From: Eledone cirrhosa
Lineage: Eukaryota
Direction: 5' to 3'
DNA length: 64,000 nucleotides
Assembly (NCBI GenBank): GCA_964016885.1
Contig: OZ024742.1
Span: forward strand, 356,438,001-356,502,000
Below are positions 12,544 to 26,419 of the stretch, piece by piece. Both the position numbers and the translations under genes were made by a program. Every line of letters begins with the position of its first letter. Positions within the stretch are counted from its first letter, which is position 1. The notes beneath the pieces were generated by a model. The model was not told the DNA's origin and made no database searches. It saw only the letters and a list, made by a program, of their open reading frames with translations.

Positions 12544-14940
12544 TATGAAAATATATGTACACGTCCGTTCTCCTTTTCTGTCTCCTCTCCCTCTCTCTCT
12601 ATTTCAATCTACTCTCTCACAACCACTATCTGTTTCTCTCTATCTTTCTCTCTCTCTGTTTATTAAGGTACCCAGTAAAACCCCATATCTCGGGAAGCCG
12701 TACTCCGATTTATGCGAAACTTGTTTTATACCATTTCAGAGTCAACTTCCTTCCAAATTATTTTCCTATTATGCAGCGTTTTGACTGTATTACGTTACAG
12801 ACAAGCAAGCAAGCAAGCAACCACAGAGTTTTAGTAGTATATATATATCTAAACTATAATGAAGTAAGGAGTGCGGGACTGCTTCCAGAATATATATATT
12901 TTTATCCCGTTTGTAGAATAAATTGAGTTACTTTGAATAAATAAATGAATGAATATTACATAAGTTGGGTTCTAAATTTCGTTATTCTTCATTAAATATA
13001 AATAATTTTGTTGCTTATTTTAAGATTCACTTATTTAAAATGTTCAAATGTCTACACTTCCGGTTAGGGATCGCTTAAATAAACATTCATATATTTCCAT
13101 CACTAATTTTCTCCTAACGGAGTTTATATATCGTCTTCTTTTAATGTATCACAGATTACGTTACTGATTACATAAAACAATGTAATGCAGTCTTCGTTCA
13201 ATTTCTGTGTATATTGTCAATTACGACTTTATTTGATGTATCATATCTACATGCATATATACTTGCGTATAATATCAATATACACACTACACATGCTAGC
13301 AGAAAACCACGCGAAGGGTGGTTTTTCTGCTAGTATATATATTAATTAAAACAAAAGATGGCCGGCCTGCAAATATCTTTAAAAGTTTAATGTTGCGAAA
13401 ATCACTATTTATGTTTCAATAGCCTGGTCACAAAAGAACGGTCAGAGAAGGGATGGAGGAGGAGAATGAAATAAATAGTGTAAATGATAAATGAGAGAGG
13501 TATATATATATATATAGAGAGAGAGCAGTAATGTGGGTAGGAGGAGGATGAAGAGTTCTTGGAGAATTTTGTAAGATAAAACAGTTTCTCCACTATTTTT
13601 GCAGCTATTTCCACGTTTGAGATTACTACTATATTATCACATTTTGTCTACACTCATTAGTCCAATTCATCTCAATCAGGTTTATATATATATGTATATA
13701 TATATATATATATATATGAAAAAGTTTGTCCTCATCAGTGGCCATCCAACCGTCGTAGGCATTTCGTCGCATTAAAGGCCATATACCTCAGGTTGGTGCG
13801 AGCAACGGCTAAAAAAAAGTCGTTGGGACACGTAAATAAAGGGGACGCTAGGGTAAACAAACAAAATGGTTTAAGCAGCAGAAAGTGATGAAGAAGGAAA
13901 CAAGTCCCAGATTTCTATGAATATAAATTCGGTGGAATCGTGAACGAGAGAATAAAGACCATCAAACCTGGTTGAAATGTGAGCAAGGAAGGAATTTCGC
14001 ACAGGTCTAACGGGAGAAAGAAGGGGTCTGGTCTGCGAATTATGTAAAATAGTTTCGGATATTTTATAATCAGAGTAGATTTAAATAAGCCGTTGGGTTG
14101 TGGAGAAAGAGAGAGAGAGAGAGAAAAAAAGAGAGATAAAAAAAAGAGAAAAAAGAGAAAAAAAGAGAAAAAAAGAGAAAAAAGAAAAAGAGCAAACTCT
14201 AAGAGGAGAATAAGAAAAATAAGAAGAGGAGAAATAGAAGAAAAAAGAAAAAAGAAGAGAGAAAAGAGAAAGCGAAAGCTTTAAGTGATAGTTTCTTGTA
14301 TTACCTTAACTTTTGAGATGAAGTGAAGGAATAAGTATTTAATGGATGAATAGAGAAGTGTAAATAAGCGTGAATGGAAAATACATAAATAATATGAGAA
14401 TTTTATCCATTGTTTATGATTAAATATTTAGTTTATCAATTAAATTATTGAGATCTATACATTAAAAATTGATATCTATATATTATTAAGACTATATATT
14501 ATTAAAAAATCTATATATTATTAAAAGAATATATTCATATATATATACATACGAACACACATATATATATATACATATAAATATATATACAGATATCTAC
14601 ATATAGATACATATACATACAAACAATAAAGGATTTTTTAATTTAAGATATAGGAATTTTCATAAACTTATAGATTTCTCTGAGAAAAACTCAGAAAAAA
14701 CAGAGAAAATCATTTCTATGTAATATCGAAACAGCGTGAAGGAAATTAAGTTATTTACTTATACTAAATGTTACAAATGTTAAGATAGTAAAGGAAATTT
14801 TAGGTTATTTTAAAATATCCGAAACTAATTTACATAATAGTATATATAAAGTTATAAACCCACTATCCGGGAGCTTCCAACAGAAATGGTCGCATTCTTT
14901 AAGGGTATGTCAATATTTATTTAATAAAAATGCTCTATAT

Positions 14941-15010
14941 TATATTTTATCTGATGAAAGCACACCATAATTTAACTTGGTGTCCTTGAAATATGTATGA
15001 TGAAATAAAT
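14941..15010 (+). ncRNA. Minimal type I hammerhead ribozyme motif (PLE terminal-repeat type, degenerate)
   Basis: CTGATGA at 14951-57; stem II AAGCACACCA/TGGTGTCCTT (9/10 pairs); GAAA at 14988-91; then TATGTA. Stem I is imperfect. Confidence 0.6.
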
Positions 15011-15141
15011 ATGGTTTTATAAATATTAGTTTCCATTTGTTAAAATCGTATTTTTATTCCAATAATTTGTTGTGTGCTTTATATCAGTTATAAAAATATT
15101 TGCTTGTTGTATCCCAACAATTTAAATAGAACTTCTACACA

Positions 15142-15654
<513 letters not shown>

Positions 15655-15655
<1 letters not shown>

Positions 15656-15734
15656 TAGAATTGGAGCTTACGGTCTTCAAAATGCTTTTAATTAAGCATA
15701 AAGTGTATTGCAAAATACATTATATATACATCCG

Positions 15735-15735
<1 letters not shown>
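15655..15735 (+). repeat. Fragment of HHR repeat family C with a short inverted 5' piece
   Basis: 'acggtcttcaaaatgcttttaattaagcataaagtgtattgcaaaatacatt' matches 57320-57372. It is preceded by 'ttagaattggagct' from the opposite orientation of the same unit. Confidence 0.8.
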
Positions 15736-15766
<31 letters not shown>

Positions 15767-15907
15767 TATACTTAGGTTAATAGGAGTTAGGTATTGTATA
15801 CCCGTGTCCCATTAAGGCATTGGCAGCATAATAATTAGCTCTATACTTTGGAGCAGAGTCGTATATATGATAAAGAACACAAGAGCGTCTACAACATCAA
15901 AATATTT

Positions 15908-15963
15908 TTATTGGCTCACAATGTTTCTTCCTTACGTAACCGTAGGATTCTTCAGAGCTATAA
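15908..15963 (-). ncRNA. Hammerhead ribozyme motif (PLE tail type, degenerate)
   Basis: The minus strand reads tagct-CTGAAGA-atcctacg gtta cgtaaggaa-GAAACATTGT-gagcca. Confidence 0.55.
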
Positions 15964-16276
15964 AAGGGGTTTGATTGGTGTTATGGACTCTACCAACCAA
16001 ACATTTAAGAACAAAGAGTAAAGAGAGTAAAGAGCAAAAGCAGGGGACGATAAGTCTAATTTTGGTGCGGGGGGGGGGGGTCCTTGTTTACTAGCTGTGG
16101 TCTTATTCATTCCCGGGAATCGAGTGGTTAGTGGAGCCATAGATGGGGTGGCGTCGATAGTAGGGTGCAGAGGGTGTGCAGAGGCTACACACACACAAAG
16201 GGCATACAATATATATATAACGGAGGAGAAAGTACATGAGTTAATTAGAAATGGAATAAGAGTAATAATAATAATC

Positions 16277-16400
16277 TGGTTAGAGCATTGGCCTTGCAAT
16301 CGAAAGGTTGTGAGTTCAATTCTCAGACCGGGTGATGTGTGGTTTCCTTGAGCAAGACACTTTATTTCACATTGCTCCAGTTTACTCAGCTGTAGAAATT
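16277..16400 (+). mobile_element. tRNA-derived SINE fragment
   Basis: A tRNA-like head 'tggttagagcattggccttgcaatcgaaaggttgtgagttcaattc' is followed by the SINE central domain 'tccttgagcaagacactttatttcacattgctccag'. Confidence 0.7.
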
Positions 16401-16404
16401 TCTA

Positions 16405-17835
16405 CAGACGCTCGGATTTGTTTTCCATCTGCCTGCATAAATTCCATAGAACTTTTCACAAAGTATACAGTTAATATTCAATTCTTTATCAATTTAGAAT
16501 CTTTTCTCAAAGGCACATATACATACACCTCTTTAAAATATACCCATCTACCTTACTTTAAAGGGCATTATACACTCTATAGTACTCGTTTATTCATTTA
16601 CCTCATCCTATCTTCTCGTAAAACAATAACATTTGTTTTTGACATTTTGAATATTCATCCGCAATCATTATTATTTTTTTTTTTTTTTTCCCTCTATCTT
16701 AAATCTTTTTAATCTCAATTTCATCCTTAATTTATTATTATATATTTTTTTTTAATATATACTCATATATTCTTTAAAATATACCCATCTACCTTACTTT
16801 AAAGGGCATTATACACTCTATAATACCCGTTTACTCATCACCCTCATTATATCTCCTCGTAAAACAATAACATTTGTTTTTGACATTTTGAGTATTCATC
16901 CGCAATCATTATTATTTTTTCTCTCTATCATAAATCTTTTTAATCTCAATTTCATCCTTAATTTATTATTATTTTTTTCTCCCCATCAACGAACTCATTA
17001 TTAATACATATGAATTCAATATAAAAACTTTAACTTCACATTATTTTTCTCAAATCCTATACATAAACTTTTTCTCTTTGCTAATTTTAAGATTCCTACA
17101 TTTCTCCTTTTGAATATTCACCCACAATTATTATTTTTTTTTTTTTTTCTCTCTATCTCCATACATAATCTCCCTTCGTTATTTTTTTCTCTCTATCTCC
17201 ATACATAATTTCCCTTCGTTAATTTTCAAATTCCTTTAATTTATACATTATCTTCCAACGGTTCCCAACCTCTCTATATTAAAACATTATATCTTTTTCT
17301 CAGTTATAAAAACTATCTCTTTCTCTCTATCACCCATCTCTCCCTTTCCACCTTCACTCTCATCTCCTCCCCTTTTTTTCATCCTTTCCACCCCCACCCC
17401 TCCCTAAATATAATATATTTTTTCCTCGCACATATCCTCCCTTCGTTAATTTTCAAAATTTTTAATTTATACAGTATCTTCCAACGGTTTTCAACCCCTC
17501 TATATAAAATATATCTCCTCTCTGTTATAAAAACTATCTCTTTCTCTCTATCACCCATCTCTCCCTCTCATCTCCTTCCCTTTTCATCCTTTTCTCTCCC
17601 CCCCTCTCTAAATAAAATATTTTTCCCAATATCACACATCAATCTAAAACCACTTTTCATATGTTGATTTAAAACTGCACTATCAACAAGTGTTTTTTTT
17701 TTTTTTTTTTTTTAGCCTTCATATCATGTTCTCCTGTTTTATCTGATGAAAACACAAATATTATTGTTTGATGATGTTTGTTTTTGAAATGCGCATAATA
17801 AAATATATTGAACTCCTTTAACCATCTTTTGATCT

Positions 17836-17840
<5 letters not shown>
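16405..17840 (+). mobile_element. PLE (Naiad-like) 3' terminal repeat: endonuclease C-terminal remnant, internally duplicated 3' region, HHR motif at ~17737-17804
   Basis: RRSDLFSICLHKFHRTFHKVYS* resembles the C-terminus NKRQELIISCNHKLRKTFKYY of the 22316 endonuclease. There are tandem duplications at ~16533/16772 and ~17165-17620. CTGATGA lies at 17743-49 and GAAATGCGCA at 17786. The element ends in (TA)n. Confidence 0.55.
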
Positions 17841-17897
<57 letters not shown>

Positions 17898-17900
<3 letters not shown>

Positions 17901-18578
17901 GTATTTTGCAATACACTTTATGCTTAGCTAAAAGCACTTTGAAGACCGGATGCTATTGTTTTAGAGTAGTGGCAAACTCACTTACTTTAATCTCAGCAAA
18001 CAGGGGGAGATAAAGCCGACAAGGCCTTGTTTCGCATTTTTTAATGCTTATCAATGCTAACTACTCCCTCCTGTCTACTGAAATCACTGATGTTATATTC
18101 TTATAGAATTCCAGTAAATAATCAGGGACTGATTATACAGAGCTGTTGCCGGTCAGGCAGAAATTAAAAATTAGAATTGGAGCTCTGAAATAGCAATATA
18201 TATATGAATGTATATATAATGTATTTTGCAATACACTTTATGCTTAATTAAAAGCATTTTGAAGACCGTATGCTATTGTTTTAGAGTAGTGACAAACTTA
18301 CTTACTTAATCTCAGCAAACAGGGGGAGATAAAGCCGACATGGCCTTGTTTCGCATTTTTTTATGCTTATCAAGGCTAACTACTCCCTCCTGCGAAACAA
18401 GGTCTTGTCGGCTTTATCTCTCCCTTTTTGCTAGGATTAAAGTAGGTGAGTTTGTCACTACTCTAAAACAATAGCATACGGTCTTCAAAATGCTTTTAAC
18501 TGAGCATAAAGTGTATTGCAAAATACATTATATATACATTCATATATATATTGCTATTTCAGAGCTCCAATTCTAATT
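17898..18578 (-). repeat. HHR repeat family C: 320-bp unit x1.5 plus an inverted partial copy (18391-18578)
   Basis: Period is 320 (17898/18218). Minus-strand HHRs at ~18014-18058 and 18333-18377 have the consensus agcc-TTGATAA-gcat..atgc-GAAACAAGGCCTTGTC-ggct. Confidence 0.85.
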
Positions 18579-18645
18579 TATATATATATATATGTATATA
18601 TATGTATATATATATATATATATGTATATGCATATATATATATTT

Positions 18646-18702
<57 letters not shown>

Positions 18703-18703
18703 T

Positions 18704-18741
<38 letters not shown>

Positions 18742-18935
18742 GATAAATCTACCAAGAGTTTACGGTAGTGTCCAATCCGTATGAAGAACTCAATGTAATC
18801 CGGATATCATGGAAAGAAGAGATGCAATGAAAAATCACTTTCGGTGAAAGATAAACGGAATACAGAGTCAAGATAAAATATAAAAAAAATAATGAATAAA
18901 ACAATGAAACAGTTCCTTATATTAAACAAAAAAAG

Positions 18936-19089
18936 TTCATTATTTAACGATCGTTTCTAGGATATATATGTGTTAGAATTGGAAGGCATATTCAACAGAT
19001 CTATGTACAAAATTATACAAAATTATACAAACTATCAAAATTAAATATACATACCAACACATATATATGCCGTCTTCAGAAATAATGAA
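18936..19089 (-). ncRNA. Type I hammerhead ribozyme (sense copy of the PLE)
   Basis: Reverse complement of the motif at 25801-25944. Confidence 0.75.
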
Positions 19090-19683
19090 ATATATTTATT
19101 GATAATAACAACAATTCAAAATTACAGGTCTGTTTGGGAACAGAGTTCAAATTGACCAATGAAAATACAAAAAGTTTATACAGTTAGGTGTGTGTATATA
19201 TGTAAGTAACTTCGTTCACAGATATGCATAAAGATATATGTTCACATGCATACGCATGCCAAAAAGATGTATGTAAATACAAAAATTCAAGGCTAATGTC
19301 TCTGTATGTCCATAATCTACAGATAAAGTACGTATACACATATAAATATAAAAATAAATATATACACACATTCATATACTCACACATATACGTACAATCA
19401 CACACACACGCGCGTATACGCATAAACATACACACAACCACGAACATACATACACACACACACACCCACACACATATATATGTGTATATACTATTATCAT
19501 AAGCATATGGACATTAATGCGCGCACATAAACACTGCCACACATATTTAGATCCAGATACAGAAAGTAGGTGGGGGGAGGAGAAGAGGTCAGTATTCACC
19601 GGTGTCAGCAGACTGCCTATTTATAAATGTATCTATAAATTTAGAAATAAAAAGAAAAGAAAAAGAAAAAAGAAATATATCAA

Positions 19684-19765
<82 letters not shown>

Positions 19766-19799
19766 AAGTAAAATATAAAATATACATCGATATACATAC

Positions 19800-19838
<39 letters not shown>

Positions 19839-20047
19839 TACACATACATATACATACACATATACATAAACACATACATACACATACATATACATACACA
19901 CACCATATAAATACACATACACATACACACACGCATACATATAGAGACACATACATATACACATATAAATACATAGACATATACACATATACACACATAT
20001 ATATACACACACATACACGCATACATATATATATATATACATTCACA

Positions 20048-20095
<48 letters not shown>

Positions 20096-20188
20096 CTACA
20101 CACATATATAAACACACTCATGTATATACATACATACACATACATACCCACATATAAATATATATATATATACATACATATACACACA

Positions 20189-20230
<42 letters not shown>

Positions 20231-20310
20231 CCTATATATATACACACATACATACACACACATACACATACACATATATAAAGATATATATACGCATACA
20301 CACACATATA

Positions 20311-20371
<61 letters not shown>

Positions 20372-20638
20372 TATATACTCACACACACATACACACATAC
20401 ATATACGCATATATACACATACATACACATCCATGTATGCGTATATACATACAAACACCACCACACGCTCACACAACTCAGACATACATAAATAAAGGGA
20501 TATAGAACACATATATACATATATAAATAGAGATACATATACACATATAAATATATATACACGTACACACACAAACACACATACATACACATACATACAC
20601 ACATACATATATATACACACACATACACATATACACAC

Positions 20639-20679
<41 letters not shown>

Positions 20680-20831
20680 TATATATACACATATATATAT
20701 ATATACATATATATACATATATATAAAAAAATAAATAAATAAAATAAATAAATAAATAAATAAATTAATACACACAGTCAGACAAATATGCACACACATA
20801 CATATACATATATATATATACATACACACAT

Positions 20832-20864
<33 letters not shown>

Positions 20865-20898
20865 CATACATATATATATACACATACACACATCAACT

Positions 20899-20938
<40 letters not shown>

Positions 20939-21088
20939 TCACATATACATGCGCACATACGTACGTATATACACATACACACATATACACATAGACATAT
21001 ACATGTGCATACATATACATACACACATATACCCACATAAATACATAGATACATATATATATACACATATATATACATACATATATAT

Positions 21089-21137
<49 letters not shown>

Positions 21138-22315
21138 ATCATACACCCTTATTTACATGCGCACATATGTATTTTTATACTCACATACAAACACCCAAAC
21201 ATACATACCTACCTACATAAACATACATACATCCATGCTTACAAATACAAATAATAATAGTAGGGGGGGGGGGGGGGTAGGGGGGTGATTATAGTAAATA
21301 TAGGTTTCAAGAAACATAGAATATTAATCTGCATTTAGATCATAATATGTGTTTACACAGTAGTTTCAGTATTAGGAAATGTAAGAAAGAAGGCAAAATT
21401 ATGCATTTCAATATAAGTATACCATTAATTATAGGTTAACTAAATTAAAGATAGTTAATATATTGATTTCTAAGGTGTATACTACTTAGGTTTATAATAT
21501 TTGAAGCGGAATTTTGAAGTTAAATAGTAGTAGAGTATTAATTATAGTATAACTAAATTAAAATTATTAACGTTATGGTATCAATATTAGGAAATGAATT
21601 TAGTAATAGGGAAAAAACAAATAAAGTATTACATCGGTAGTAGAATATAAATTATAGGTTAACTAAATTAAAAATTATATATTAATTTCTATAGTATATG
21701 TTAATTAGGTTTATAATAATTAAAACAGATATTGTATTTTATCTATAGTAGAATATAATTATAGGTAAACAGAAATTAAAATTAATACATACACATATAC
21801 ATATACATATATATATACATATATATATACATATATATACATACATATACATATTTTTTCAAAAATTGCAAAGAATATATTAAATAGGTATACATCCAAA
21901 ACCTATCTCAGTCTATGATTACATGACACTCTGCAATCCATCTGTATTAGGATATTAATTTTAAGCCAATTAAATTAAATTTTTAGGTTAACCAAATTTA
22001 AAACCAAATTATGAATATATTTCTAAAATGTACATTAATTAGGTCTATAATACTAAAAAATATTTCTCTGTCATTGAATACACGATATTTTGTTATATTT
22101 TATCTGTAAAGGAATTTTAATAAAAGGTTAAATAAATTAAAATGAATCTATAAATTAATTTACGAAGTATATATTAGTAATATTTAAAAGTTTTTCACAA
22201 TTTATGATTACACAATATTTTATAATCTCATCTGTAGTAGAATTTTAATTAAATTAAATTTATAGGTTAACTAACATTTAAATTAAAATATATATTAATT
22301 TCTAAAATAATGTTA

Positions 22316-22833
22316 TTAATTAGGTTTATAATATTTAAATGTTTTTCTTAGTTTATGATTACACGATATAATTAATTCCTGTCGTTTATTTAATAGGATA
22401 TCCTTAGATTTCATTATTTCAAATAGTTCTTGGGAACATAATCTACATTCATTTCTATTATTTTGATAAGGGGTGGCTCTTTTGAGCACACTCCAGGTCA
22501 TATCATATTCTATATTCTTATTTTTATAACTATTGATTTTTTCTGCTAGAGATGTTGTATTAGCCAGTGCGGCATTTTTAAAACTATGTTTGTGTGTATT
22601 AAACCTTGCCTTAAAATTGTTAGAAGTAGCTCCTATATATGAGCAAATAGAATCTTTAGTTTTAACATTACATTTATAAACTATGTTGTTAACAAGACAA
22701 TTTCCTTTTAATGGGCAGTTTGCTTTGTTTCTACAGTTACAACCTTTCGTTAATTCTGTATTTGAGGAGATATTATGGTTAGTTTGATGTATTGGTGGTA
22801 TACTTATGGTATTCTTACATTTATATGCATTAT
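22316..22833 (-). pseudogene. PLE GIY-YIG endonuclease (C-terminal ~170 aa, open frame, 5'-truncated)
   Basis: GCNCRNKANCPLKGNCLVNNIVYKC...SYIGATSNNFKARFNTHKHSF...TSLAEKI...WSVLKRA...CRLCSQE...LLNKRQELIISCNH. Confidence 0.9.
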
Positions 22834-24106
22834 AGTGAAATCTAAGGATATCCTATTAAATAAACGACAGGAATTAATTATATCGTGTAATCATAAACTA
22901 AGAAAAACATTTAAATATTATAAACCTAATTAATAACATTATTTTAGAAATTAATATATATTTTAATTTAAATGTTAGTTAACCTATAAATTTAATTTAA
23001 TTAAAATTCTACTACAGATGAGATTATAAAATATTGTGTAATCATAAATTGTGAAAAACTTTTAAATATTACTAATATATACTTCGTAAATTAATTTATA
23101 GATTAATTTTAATTTATTTAACCTTTTATTAAAATTCCTTTACAGATAACATATAACAAAATATCGTGTATTCAATGACAGAGAAATAATTTTTAGTATT
23201 ATAGACCTAATTAATGTACATTTTAGAAATATATTTATAATTTGGTTTTAAATTTGGTTAACCTAAAAATTTAATTTAATTGGTTAAAATTAATATCCTA
23301 ATACAGATGGATTGCAGAGTGTCATGTAATCATAGACTGAGATAGGTTTTGGATGTATACCTAGTTAATATATTCTTTGCAATTTTTGAAAAAATATGTA
23401 TATGTATGTATATATATGTATATATATATGTATATATATATGTATATGTATATGTGTATGTATTAATTTTAATTTCTGTTTACCTATAATTATATTCTAC
23501 TATAGATAAAATACAATATCTGTTTTAATTATTATAAACCTAATTAACATATACTATAGAAATTAATATATAATTTTTAATTTAGTTAACCTATAATTTA
23601 TATTCTACTACCGATGTAATACTTTATTTGTTTTTTCCCTATTACTAAATTCATTTCCTAATATTGATACCATAACGTTAATAATTTTAATTTAGTTATA
23701 CAATAATTAATACTCTACTACTATTTAACTTCAAAATTCCGCTTCAAATATTATAAACCTAAGTAGTATACACCTTAGAAATCAATATATTAACTATCTT
23801 TAATTTAGTTAACCTATAATTAATGGTATACTTATATTGAAATGCATAATTTTGCCTTCTTTCTTACATTTCCTAATACTGAAACTACTGTGTAAACACA
23901 TATTATGATCTAAATGCAGATTAATATTCTATATTTCTTGAAACCTATATTTACTAGAACCCCCCCCCCCCCTTTCCCCCCTACTATTATTATTTGTATT
24001 TGTAAGCATGGATGTATGTATGTATATGTAGGTAGGTATGTATGTTTGGGTGTTTGTATGTGAGTATAAAAATACATATGTGCGCATGTAAATAAGGGTG
24101 TATGAT

Positions 24107-24145
<39 letters not shown>

Positions 24146-24295
24146 ATATATATGTATGTATATATATGTGTATATATATATGTATCTATGTATTTATGTG
24201 GGTATATGTGTGTATGTATATGTATGCACATGTATATGTCTATGTGTATATGTGTGTATGTGTATATATGTACGTATGTGCGCATGTATATGTGA

Positions 24296-24343
<48 letters not shown>

Positions 24344-24468
24344 AGTTGATGTGTGTGCATATTTGTCTGACTGTGTGTATTAATTAATTAATTTATTTAT
24401 TTATTTTATTTCTTTATTTTTTTATATATATGTATATATATGTATATATATATATATGTGTATATATA

Positions 24469-24509
<41 letters not shown>

Positions 24510-24772
24510 GTGTGTATATGTGTATGTGTGTGTATATATATGTATGTGTGTATGTATGTGTATGTATGTGTGTTTGTGTGTGTACGTGTGTATATATTTA
24601 TATGTGTATATGTATCTCTATTTATATATGTATATATGTGTTCTATATCCCTTTATTTATGTATGTCTGAGTTGTGTGAGCGTGTGGTGGTGTTTGTATG
24701 TATATACGCATACATGGATGTGTATGTATGTGTATATATGCGTATATGTATGTGTGTATGTGTGTGTGAGTA

Positions 24773-24842
<70 letters not shown>

Positions 24843-25058
24843 TGTTGTGAATGTATATATATATATATGTATGCGTGTATGTGTGTGTATATATATATAT
24901 GTGTGTATATGTGTATATGTCTATGTATTTATATGTGTATATGTATGTGTCTCTATATGTATGCGTGTGTGTATGTGTATGTGTATTTATATGGTGTGTG
25001 TATGTATATGTATGTGTATGTATGTGTTTATGTATATGTGTATGTATATGTATGTGTA

Positions 25059-25105
<47 letters not shown>

Positions 25106-25135
25106 GTATATCGATGTATATTTTATATTTTACTT

Positions 25136-25202
<67 letters not shown>

Positions 25203-25800
25203 CTTGATATATTTCTTTTTTCTTTTTCTTTTCTTTTTATTTCTAAATTTATAGATACATTTAAAAATAGGCAGTCTGCTGACACCGGTGAATACTGACC
25301 TCTTCTCCCCCCCCCCCCACCTACTTTCTGTATCTGGATCTAAATATGTGTGGCAGTGTTTATGTGCGCGCATTAATCTCCATATGCTTATGATAATAGT
25401 ATATACACATATATATGTGTGTGGGGGTGTGTGTGTGTATGTATGTTCGTGGTTGTGTGTATGTTTATGCGTATACGCGCGTGTGTGTGTGAATGTACGT
25501 ATATGTGTGAGTATATGAATGTGTGTATATATTTATTTTTATATTTATATGTGTATACGTACTTTATCTGTAGATTATGGACATACAGAGACATTAGCCT
25601 TGAATTTTTGTATTTACATACATCTTTTTGGCATGCGTATGCATGTGAACATATATCTTTATGCATATCTGTGAACGAAGTTACTTACATATATACACAC
25701 ACCTAACTGTATAAACTTTTTGTATTTTCATTGGTTAATTTGAAATCTGTTCCCAAATAGACCTGTAATTTTGAATTGTTGTTATTATCAATAAATTTAT

Positions 25801-25944
25801 TTCATTATTTCTGAAGACGGCATATATATGTGTTGGTATGTATATTTAATTTTGATAGTTTGTATAATTTTGTACATAGATCTGTTGAATATGCATGCCA
25901 ATTCTAACACATATATATCCTAGAAACGATCGTTAAATAATGAA
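25801..25944 (+). ncRNA. Type I hammerhead ribozyme (inverted arm of the PLE)
   Basis: Stem I is ttcattattt/aaataatgaa (10 bp). CTGAAGA at 25811-17. Long stem II atatatatgtgttgg/ctaacacatatatat. GAAA at 25923-26. Palindromic ACGATCGT, with a GUU triplet. Confidence 0.75.
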
Positions 25945-25998
25945 CTTTTTTTGTTTAATATAAGGAACTGTTTCATTGTTTTATTCATTATTTTTTTA

Positions 25999-26067
<69 letters not shown>

Positions 26068-26092
26068 GTATATATATACATATATATATATG

Positions 26093-26189
<97 letters not shown>

Positions 26190-26190
26190 G

Positions 26191-26239
<49 letters not shown>

Positions 26240-26248
26240 GTATATATG

Positions 26249-26279
<31 letters not shown>

Positions 26280-26314
26280 GTATATATATATATATATGTA
26301 TATATATGTATATA

Positions 26315-26407
<93 letters not shown>

Positions 26408-26419
26408 GTATATATATAT

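Larger units (their letters stand above)
18740..26006 (-). mobile_element. 5'-truncated Penelope-like element (Naiad-like) with a long inverted terminal repeat
   Basis: Arms 18873-22413 and 22836-26006 are reverse complements. The spacer encodes a GIY-YIG domain. Each arm carries an HHR. Both sides are flanked by (TA)n. Confidence 0.9.

Noticed and set aside
13718-13800. Possible minus-strand hammerhead(s) (ccaacCTGAGGT..GAAA..ggttgg; CTGATGAggac)
   Set aside because: The core and stems II/III are too degenerate or truncated by the TA tract to call.
14093-14284. Lys/Arg-rich ORF
   Set aside because: It is a low-complexity purine (GA/A) tract.
16277-16330. tRNA gene
   Set aside because: There is no complete cloverleaf or acceptor stem, and the sequence runs into a SINE body.
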